Positions 57,149 to 64,000 of a stretch of 64,000 nucleotides of DNA are shown here, one piece after another. The number at the start of each line of letters is the position of its first letter. Positions within the stretch are counted from its first letter, which is position 1. Location of the stretch: the IMG/VR virus record IMGVR_UViG_3300035659_001663, positions 1-64,000 of that record, one strand, 5' to 3'. Position numbers and translations under genes: made by a program. Below the pieces are notes generated by a model that saw only the letters and a list, made by a program, of their open reading frames with translations, searched no databases and was not told the DNA's origin. The stretch is from a virus.

Positions 57149-58618
57149 ATGCAATGTCCTGTATGCAATTCTAATGTCAATGATATGGCTAGACATTTTG
57201 TATCAAAGTTTAGACTTGTAAATGACGAAGATGGGATTAAGCATTTACAATACATTAAGGAAGAGAAAAAACAAATAACTGATTATGTTAATTCATTTTT
57301 TGAGACAAATTTGACATTGAGACAAGCTAGAGATAAAGTTAATGAAAAGTATATTAATCTAACATTCAAATCATTAAGAATAATTTCAAAAATTTGGATT
57401 AGAACGTTTGGCAAAGAAGAGTATGATAAAAGAGTAAAGCGATTAAACAGTGGAAAATCTAAAAAAATGTGGCTCACTAGAGATAAAAGTGCTATTAAAC
57501 ATTTGTATGAGTTTAGAATTCAAAGTGCAAAGGATAGAACTGCTTTAGCTATAGAAAATACGAATAAAATATTAAGCAATAGAGTCAATGCTATAAAATT
57601 TGTAGATAATGTTAATGAAAACATTGAAATTAAAGATCATTTATCTAGTGCTATTCAATGTCGATTATGTGGTAATTTTTTTAGAGCATTAGGTTTTCAT
57701 TGTATGAATGTTCATAGTATTACAAGCATGGGATACAAAATATTATTTCCTAACGAACCATTAGTATGTCAAGAATCGATTGATAGTCGGTCTAAAAAAT
57801 TGATTTCTCAAGGATTAATGCGAAAAATTAGATTTTTTGATGAATCTATTAATATAGAGAAAGAAGTCGAAATAGCTCAATATAGAAAAAAAATGTTTAG
57901 ATTAGTTAGAGGTAGAGACATTTGTTGCCAAGAATGTGATAAAATAGATAGTAATGTTGATATTCATCATATAGTACCACATCGATTATTTTCTAGATAT
58001 GACTTTGAAATGCATGATCCTGATAATTTAATATTATTGTGTGATCAATGTCATGCTATTTATGGTCAAGAGCTTGATCAAATTATTATTGAAATATTTG
58101 CACGAATTATTCAAGTCATGCATCCTTTTACTTATAAGTATGTTATTGCCAAGTTGAAATTTGAAGAAAAGTTAATATTCAAAAGAAAAGTCGGTGCTCC
58201 TAAGTTGTATAACGTGACAGCTAATGATGTCGATAAGGCAAAAGTTGATGGAAAAGTTATGATTTCAAAAGCTATAGAGTTGATGCCAAATGTGCCAAAA
58301 CGGCATATAGTTAAAGCTTGTAGAGATAATAATATGACGTTCATAAATCCTGAATGTTTGACTAAGAATTTGAAAACAAAGATATGTCCTGTGTGTGGTT
58401 GGAGTGGGTCATTTAAGTTTTCAAAGCATGTGAAAACAAATGACGATAAGCATCAATCATTTTTGAGAGAGTTAGAAAGATTGTATATTAATGAGAAGTT
58501 AGGTTGTGATAAAATAGCTGAAGTTTATAGTGAATATAATTTTACACGTGAGATTGTTGAAGCGATTTTGAAAGATGCAGGTATATATTATAAAATATTA
58601 CAAGAGGAGGTTGCATGA
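57149..58618 (+). CDS. HNH endonuclease with several C2H2/Ros-MucR-like Zn fingers
   Basis: AAGGAGG SD before MQCPVC; CRLCG...H...VH...Y; CQEC...DIHHIVP...HDPDNLILLCDQCH. Confidence 0.85.
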   Translation: MQCPVCNSNVNDMARHFVSKFRLVNDEDGIKHLQYIKEEKKQITDYVNSFFETNLTLRQARDKVNEKYINLTFKSLRIISKIWIRTFGKEEYDKRVKRLNSGKSKKMWLTRDKSAIKHLYEFRIQSAKDRTALAIENTNKILSNRVNAIKFVDNVNENIEIKDHLSSAIQCRLCGNFFRALGFHCMNVHSITSMGYKILFPNEPLVCQESIDSRSKKLISQGLMRKIRFFDESINIEKEVEIAQYRKKMFRLVRGRDICCQECDKIDSNVDIHHIVPHRLFSRYDFEMHDPDNLILLCDQCHAIYGQELDQIIIEIFARIIQVMHPFTYKYVIAKLKFEEKLIFKRKVGAPKLYNVTANDVDKAKVDGKVMISKAIELMPNVPKRHIVKACRDNNMTFINPECLTKNLKTKICPVCGWSGSFKFSKHVKTNDDKHQSFLRELERLYINEKLGCDKIAEVYSEYNFTREIVEAILKDAGIYYKILQEEVA

Positions 58619-59175
58619 GTGAGTTGATTCGGTGCCAAATTGAAGGCTGTACGCATGAAGCAAAAGCATTAAGAGGTCATGTGGTTAGTGTTCACGGAAT
58701 GACAACAGATGAGTATAAGCAAAAGTATGGTAAGTATAGTCTTGTGTCAGAGGATTATTTGTTAAAATTGCGAGCGTCAGGTAATAAAGCGTCAGAGACA
58801 GTTGATAATAGAGTGTATAGGCATAAGTGTAGAAATGATGATTGTGATGTGATTATTGATGGAAAGGCATTAGTTTGTGATGTTTGTAAAGCTAAGCAGC
58901 AGATAAGATTATTAGAGTTGCAAAAGTTGAAGTTTAAAGATATGGTTGAGAATCAAGATTTTGTTGTTTGCAAAATTTGCGGGTGGTGTGATACTAGAAT
59001 ATCTGGTCATGTATTGAGTGTTCACAATATGGATAAACGACAGTATAGAAGTTTGTATGGTGATTCACTGTTAGTATGTAGTGACATTGCAAATAGAACA
59101 GCATTTAGAGGGATTCATTCTATTGATACTCGTAGGCAAATGGCAATAAGTCACATGAAACGTCAGTCTATATAG
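58615..59175 (+). CDS. Tandem Ros/MucR-like Zn-finger protein with NUMOD3-like tail
   Basis: CQIEGC...GHVVSVHGM...Y...YG and CKICG...GHVLSVHNM...Y...YG; HSIDTRRQMA. Confidence 0.75.
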   Translation: MSELIRCQIEGCTHEAKALRGHVVSVHGMTTDEYKQKYGKYSLVSEDYLLKLRASGNKASETVDNRVYRHKCRNDDCDVIIDGKALVCDVCKAKQQIRLLELQKLKFKDMVENQDFVVCKICGWCDTRISGHVLSVHNMDKRQYRSLYGDSLLVCSDIANRTAFRGIHSIDTRRQMAISHMKRQSI

Positions 59176-59187
59176 GGAGTAGATCAA

Positions 59188-59700
59188 ATGATTGTTGAAG
59201 CAGATACTAGAATATATAATTTTGCAAAGTTAATGGGAAATGAAGATTATGAGATTAATTTTGTCGAGCTTGATAATGGTGCGTTCGGGATACAATATCC
59301 TTATAAGAAATTGATAGAGATTAATTTATGCCTGTTAGATGACGATATTGAAGATAGAATACTAGCTGTACTGTCTCATGAAATTGGTCACTGTAAAACG
59401 TATGCTAGAAGTCAGTATTTACGTGAATTTCATGCGTCTATGTGGGCTATAAGACGAAATGAAGAAGTAAGAAAAGATAATGATGAATATGATTTTCGAT
59501 CGATTAGGAATAGGTTGATTTTGACATTTTTGTTATGGGAGAATGATTCACCTGCAAGATATAGAAAATCTGCTTATTTTGCAAGACAATGCGGTGTTTT
59601 AAGTTATTTAGAGTATTGTTTGGTATCTAATACAGAATGTAATATTGATGAATTAAGTAGAATATATGAACACCATGTGAACATTAAAGTTTCTGTATAA
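59188..59700 (+). CDS. HExxH zinc metallopeptidase-like protein (ImmA/IrrE-like)
   Basis: IEINL...VLSHEIGH...E..A. Confidence 0.7.
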   Translation: MIVEADTRIYNFAKLMGNEDYEINFVELDNGAFGIQYPYKKLIEINLCLLDDDIEDRILAVLSHEIGHCKTYARSQYLREFHASMWAIRRNEEVRKDNDEYDFRSIRNRLILTFLLWENDSPARYRKSAYFARQCGVLSYLEYCLVSNTECNIDELSRIYEHHVNIKVSV

Positions 59701-59717
59701 AAATAAGGAGTGATATT

Positions 59718-60074
59718 ATGTCTTGTAGAGTCGAGTTGATGCAAGGTAGGACAGATCGTTTTGTTATTGTAGACAAGAATGGTAGGGTTGTTAATGATGC
59801 TCAGGGTTATGGTTATACAACAAAGCAAAAGGCTATTAGGGCTATGTGGTATCATTGTGGAGGAGGTAAACAGAAGATTGATGCAATTAAGAATGAGGCT
59901 AAGAAGTTTTGGGATGATCATAAAGATGCTGGTAAGTATTTGCAAGAGTTGTATGAGATGAATGTTAAAGAAATATGTACGGGAGAAGTTACTGATAACG
60001 ATATTATTAGAGATGTTTGCGAGAAGTATTTGATTGATAGTATTCCAAGGGCATATATTGAGTATTTGCCGTAG
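59718..60074 (+). CDS. Hypothetical protein
   Basis: AAGGAG SD; DAQGYGYTT motif. Confidence 0.65.
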   Translation: MSCRVELMQGRTDRFVIVDKNGRVVNDAQGYGYTTKQKAIRAMWYHCGGGKQKIDAIKNEAKKFWDDHKDAGKYLQELYEMNVKEICTGEVTDNDIIRDVCEKYLIDSIPRAYIEYLP

Positions 60075-60092
60075 ATGACGATTTTGTATGAA

Positions 60093-60119
60093 AGCAGCTA
60101 TCAAAAGGCTGCTATTTTT
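60093..60119 (+). terminator. Terminator, degenerate duplicate of the post-MCP terminator
   Basis: AGCAGCT..GGCTGCT plus T-run; AAAAGGCTGCTATTTTT identical to 56927-56943. Confidence 0.7.
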
Positions 60120-60188
60120 CTGTGAATTAGAGGATGTAAGTGGTTAATGATACTAAATGAATAGTTGCTTTATATTGAGGTAAAATAC

Positions 60189-60890
60189 ATGGAGAAAAGA
60201 AGTCATTCATTGACGAATCGTGAGATAGATGTAGATGGTTTAGTGGATAAGTATGAGGAGTTCGATAATAGTGATTTTGGAAATGAGTTTGTTCCGTTAG
60301 AGAAATCAGATTATGAGATAAGGGCATCACAAAACAACACTCGTGAGGAGGAAAGTATGAAGGATACGCGTAAGGCAAGTTATGTGGGTGAATTGACATC
60401 TGGTTATGATGCAAAGGTTCAGAATGATTATGAGGCTGGTAAGGGTGATAAGGGTCAGATTGGTAAGGGGCATGAGGAGGAAGTTGCTGCTAAGAATAAT
60501 TGGGAGGCTGATAAGAGAGATGCTGTTGGTCGTGCAGCTGCTTCGAGTTTGTTACGTAAGGCAGCGTTGAAGTTGACTAAGATGGCAGATGCTATGGAGG
60601 AAGAGAAGTTTGATGATGATGACGATGTTGAAGAGAGTGTTAAGGATTTGGAGAATGTAGATAGTGATGATGAGGGTGGAGATATGGAGGAGATCGCTAC
60701 AGCAGTTCTTGATGAGACTAAAGTAGCGGCCAAGAAGGTTGCAGTGCATCCGTTAGATCATGATCCTAAGGGAGATGATCCGGCAGCTGATATGTCACCG
60801 CAGACAGGTGATGAGGAGTGGATTGATATAGGTCCTGGTGAGTTTGATGATCCGCGTGATGAAGTTGGAAGAGCTGCTGAGGGAAAGTAA
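60189..60890 (+). CDS. Acidic putative head protein with internal repeat (RDxVGRAA twice)
   Basis: D/E-rich; RKAS, RKAA, KVAAKKVA motifs; a second possible start at 60357 has a GAGGAGG SD. Confidence 0.65.
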   Translation: MEKRSHSLTNREIDVDGLVDKYEEFDNSDFGNEFVPLEKSDYEIRASQNNTREEESMKDTRKASYVGELTSGYDAKVQNDYEAGKGDKGQIGKGHEEEVAAKNNWEADKRDAVGRAAASSLLRKAALKLTKMADAMEEEKFDDDDDVEESVKDLENVDSDDEGGDMEEIATAVLDETKVAAKKVAVHPLDHDPKGDDPAADMSPQTGDEEWIDIGPGEFDDPRDEVGRAAEGK

Positions 60891-60936
60891 GGGTAGTTGT
60901 AGATTAAACTAAATTTATATGGATGGAGGTAGGTGT

Positions 60937-61449
60937 ATGAAGTATTTGACGCAGGTTAAGTTTCGGTTAGTGGATAATGGTAAGTATTTGAATGAGGGTG
61001 ATGTTTATGATCCTATGGATAGTGCGTATGAGAGTAGTTCGAGGTCATTAGCAGCAGCATTGAAGGCTGGATGGTTGAAGATGATAAGTGATGAAGATGC
61101 TGCTAAGATTCAGGCAGAGAAAGTTAAGAAGTTGATGGCTGTTGAGCCTGTTGAGATTAAGAAGGTTCATGTAGATCCGAATCAGACGAAGGCAATAAGT
61201 AGGAAGATAAATAGTGATGTTGAGGTTGCCACGCCGAATGTGGGTTTGGGTGAGGTGACTGATGAAGATATGGCTGATGAGGTGATACATCAGGAGCCGA
61301 TAATAGCTGCAATGGAGAGCAGGAGACAGGCTAAGAGGCAGTCACAGGTACAGCAGCCGAGAGAAGTTGAGGTTACGGCTGAGAGTATAAAGAGTGAGAT
61401 AAAGCGTAAGGTTAGGAAAAGTTTGAGGATCGATAAACGAAAGAAGTGA
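60937..61449 (+). CDS. Hypothetical protein (head-associated region)
   Basis: GGAGGT SD before MKYLTQ. Confidence 0.65.
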   Translation: MKYLTQVKFRLVDNGKYLNEGDVYDPMDSAYESSSRSLAAALKAGWLKMISDEDAAKIQAEKVKKLMAVEPVEIKKVHVDPNQTKAISRKINSDVEVATPNVGLGEVTDEDMADEVIHQEPIIAAMESRRQAKRQSQVQQPREVEVTAESIKSEIKRKVRKSLRIDKRKK

Positions 61450-61453
61450 ATAA

Positions 61454-61921
61454 ATGATTAGCAATAAGATCCAAGTCGTTTATAGATTGCCTAGCCGTGT
61501 AACATTGATGTGGCCGTCGAGGCCAAATGCAGGCAATGCAACGTTGCCGACAAGTTATAATATTTATTGGGATACGTCGACGATTGGATTGTTTGCATCA
61601 TTGTTGGGGTCAGTAGAGAATCAGGGATCACCCGGGTATAATGGTAATAGATCGTATTTTGGTAAGGTTGTGTTTCATATAGTGCCTGAGATGATACCCG
61701 GGTGGAATAATGATATTATGAATTATGTGAGGTTGAGGGCAGTGATTGGTGGTGTGTTGCAGCCTGCAGAAGATATCGTGCAGATACCGCAGTATACTAC
61801 TGGTGGAATGAGGTTGACGTATCCTGAGTTGAGTACGACAGCAATGGTTGGGTATGACGCAGCCGAGAATAGGTTTATTCCGGTTGCTGTTGATACAAAT
61901 GGTAAAGTTAAAGTTGTTTAA
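61454..61921 (+). CDS. Putative structural protein with FN3-like strand pattern
   Basis: VTLMW...SYNIYW...YVRLRAV. Confidence 0.6.
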   Translation: MISNKIQVVYRLPSRVTLMWPSRPNAGNATLPTSYNIYWDTSTIGLFASLLGSVENQGSPGYNGNRSYFGKVVFHIVPEMIPGWNNDIMNYVRLRAVIGGVLQPAEDIVQIPQYTTGGMRLTYPELSTTAMVGYDAAENRFIPVAVDTNGKVKVV

Positions 61922-61949
61922 TCAATCAACCGTATAAGGAGGAAGGGTT

Positions 61950-62366
61950 ATGAAGATTACGAATTTGACCGCCAATGTGTTGGAGTTCAATGACCTTGGT
62001 AGTTATATCAAGGGTGTGTCGCCGATTGCTCGTAGTATTCGGTTGGATCCTGCAGGATCAACTGGTGCGTCGATGTATTTGGTTGAGACTGGTGAAGTAT
62101 TGCTTAGCGCACAGTCTGGCGATATTCATCGTTTTGCTGCTGCGACAAAGATCACAGTGAATGATGTGACTGGTGTTGTTGGAGCTGGTGGTAGCGTGAC
62201 ATTGACACATAATTTCAGATTTCAGCCGAATGTTAATGTTGTTATTACTGCTTCTGGTGTTCAAGCAGCTGCTTCTGATTTGACAATCACTCACAATGCA
62301 AGTTTCACAGCAGTGACGATCTTGTCGGCTGCTGGAGCTGCATCATTCACAATTCGTTTGAGCTAA
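61950..62366 (+). CDS. Putative structural (decoration/fibre) protein
   Basis: AAGGAGG SD; A/T/V/G-rich; VTLTHNF...PNV; followed by a strong terminator. Confidence 0.65.
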   Translation: MKITNLTANVLEFNDLGSYIKGVSPIARSIRLDPAGSTGASMYLVETGEVLLSAQSGDIHRFAAATKITVNDVTGVVGAGGSVTLTHNFRFQPNVNVVITASGVQAAASDLTITHNASFTAVTILSAAGAASFTIRLS

Positions 62367-62378
62367 GTGTTGAATAGG

Positions 62379-62412
62379 AAGAGAGTTCCTGTAAAAGGGA
62401 ACTCTCTTTTTT
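62379..62412 (+). terminator. Intrinsic terminator
   Basis: AAGAGAGTTCCT/GGGAACTCTCTT stem plus T-run. Confidence 0.85.
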
Positions 62413-62442
62413 GTTCGATTAAAACAGATTAAAGGAGAGAAT

Positions 62443-63024
62443 ATGTTGAATATAATAATGAGATTTATTCAAAAGATGATATTGAGTGATAATACTATTA
62501 AAGAGTACATCATTAGTATTTGTTTGAATAAAGATCAAGAATTACGAGATGAATTTACTGCTAAGATTTCATTTTTGGCTGATGATAATGAGATTTATCA
62601 GAAAATTGAATCACTTGAAAATGATTTACTTGAAAAGTGCAATATTTTAGTTGATAGTGTTTATTCAGATGAAGAATTCAAATCGTTGAAAGCATCAATA
62701 GTAGAATTTAAGTTAGCTCTTGACAATTGTTATAGTGCATTAGATTCTAAGGCCGATCAAGAGTTAACATTACAATTGACAGCTAATAATATCAAGTTAT
62801 CGAAAGCAGTACTTGACATAAAGCGTCAAGTTGAAAATACACAGCCTGTACAAATTCAAGATTCAACAGCGATTGAAAGTTTAGTTAAGAAAACTAGAGT
62901 AGACACAGCAACAGTTATTACAAAAGTAAAAGAGAGTGTGTCTGAGTTAGATATTAAGTTGGATGCGTTTATAGATACTGTCAGTGAGAAGATTGCAGAG
63001 ATAAAGCAGAAGAATAGAAGATAG
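62443..63024 (+). CDS. Coiled-coil hypothetical protein
   Basis: AAGGAG SD; heptad-like L/I periodicity. Confidence 0.65.
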   Translation: MLNIIMRFIQKMILSDNTIKEYIISICLNKDQELRDEFTAKISFLADDNEIYQKIESLENDLLEKCNILVDSVYSDEEFKSLKASIVEFKLALDNCYSALDSKADQELTLQLTANNIKLSKAVLDIKRQVENTQPVQIQDSTAIESLVKKTRVDTATVITKVKESVSELDIKLDAFIDTVSEKIAEIKQKNRR

Positions 63025-63036
63025 AAATTAAGATAG

Positions 63037-63564
63037 ATGGAGAAAAACATGTCTGAGAATATGACTATTGTTACTCCTGATTTGTATTTTGCTGCATATT
63101 TGAAAGCTAAGAGCTGTCAGATTGTTAATATACAAAAAGAAGGTACGAAAACTATATTTACGTTTGATGTTAATGATTCTCATTTGACAGTGCCAGAGTT
63201 GAAGCATGGATATTTCAATAATGATGATGATTTTAAGTACACTGTTTGTGCGATAGATTTTGCTGATGCTATTCGAGCATTGAAGACATTATGTCATGTT
63301 GAAGATAGTGATAAGATAACTACTCCAGATTTGTATTTTGCTGCATATTTGAAGACGAAGAGGTGTTCAGTAGAGACTGTTAGACAACGAGATTCAAAGA
63401 CAGTGTTTTTATTTGAAGTTGGTCCGTCAGGATTGTCTGCATTAGAGTTGAAATTGGGATATTTTAATAGTATACAGGACAAGAGATGCACAGTGAACGC
63501 ATCAGCATATACTGATGCAGTGCGATCATTGAAAACGATGTGTCATATAACAGGTGATCTGTAG
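63037..63564 (+). CDS. Tandem DUF5659-like domain protein
   Basis: TPDLYFAAYLK...K.T.F.F.V...ELK.GYFN...TV.A...DA.R.LKT.CH duplicated with an 83-aa period (63073 and 63322). Confidence 0.75.
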   Translation: MEKNMSENMTIVTPDLYFAAYLKAKSCQIVNIQKEGTKTIFTFDVNDSHLTVPELKHGYFNNDDDFKYTVCAIDFADAIRALKTLCHVEDSDKITTPDLYFAAYLKTKRCSVETVRQRDSKTVFLFEVGPSGLSALELKLGYFNSIQDKRCTVNASAYTDAVRSLKTMCHITGDL

Positions 63565-63742
63565 AATATAGGAATTGTGATCAATATTACAAAGCAAAGT
63601 CATTTTATAAGAAATTGACGTGTGATGATATTGATTCAACTCCAACTAACATCGACGGGCAAACGATTGATTATTTAGTAGGGGATATTAACAACTATCT
63701 TGAGGACCCTGAAGTTCTTGTTCAAGCTATAAAAGATATACC

Positions 63743-64000
63743 ATGAACCGAACATACTTTGCAGGAAACTACTATGTAGGGAATAATGGTGTAGGCAGAA
63801 CTAATCTGATTACTTCACCTGTAGCAATACCTGGAAGTTGGGCTAATTATTTCACATCGGCCAAAATTGCCTACAAGGACTGGTTTTTAATTGATACAAC
63901 GGGCAAAGTATTTTTCCTTGGGTATGATGCTACAGTATTAGGTGTAGGGGGAACAAATCAGTGTATTTCTTGTACTGTTCCAACTTCAATTGCTCGACCT
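63743..64000 (+). CDS. Partial ORF, RCC1/BLIP-II-like beta-propeller; runs off the right edge
   Basis: Manual translation: MNRTYFAGNYYVGNNGVG...TSPVAIPGSW...FLIDTTGKVFFLGY...LGVG. Confidence 0.55.
   Translation, partial: MNRTYFAGNYYVGNNGVGRTNLITSPVAIPGSWANYFTSAKIAYKDWFLIDTTGKVFFLGYDATVLGVGGTNQCISCTVPTSIARP

Noticed and set aside
63073-63353. 32-bp near-perfect repeat as an attachment or recombination site
   Set aside because: It is the in-frame start of two tandem DUF5659-like domains.
1-64000. Stop-codon reassignment (alternative genetic code)
   Set aside because: Conserved genes are full-length in code 11, and TAA, TAG and TGA all end genes at expected positions (e.g. Ogg C-terminal Lys-TGA).
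1-64000. tRNA/rRNA genes, CRISPR or TIGR-like arrays
   Set aside because: No cloverleaf/T-loop signatures or periodic non-coding repeats were seen in the short intergenic gaps by eye; a covariance-model scan was not run.

Overview
This is a 64-kb segment of a large, AT-rich tailed dsDNA phage (jumbo-type Caudoviricetes). It uses the standard genetic code and almost all genes are on the + strand. Left to right: (1) a short minus-strand block with a partial TnpB-like nuclease and a phage-borne HPr; (2) an accessory operon with 8-oxoG glycosylase, PP2C phosphatase, Ser/Thr kinase, HNH, nicotinamidase, vWA, Macro domain and a catalytically dead RelA/SpoT-type HD domain; (3) a three-gene Zn-finger/vWA operon; (4) putative virion genes, including an intein-containing small protein and a family of proteins sharing an NHL-type beta-propeller module; (5) GIY-YIG, P-loop kinase, radical SAM and UDG; (6) gyrB-gyrA-topA; (7) a sigma70-type factor and the head module (terminase, portal, protease, scaffold, decoration, HK97-fold MCP); (8) an HNH/Zn-finger cassette and more structural genes. 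The most notable signals are: a pervasive [KR]-x-A motif that looks like a head-maturation cleavage signal and also brackets the sigma factor (possibly virion-delivered); a 36-nt recoded copy of a conserved MCP segment between the MCP gene and an HNH nuclease; and a phage-encoded TerY-P-like triad fused with NAD/ADP-ribose enzymes. All calls come from motif recognition by eye; no database searches were run.
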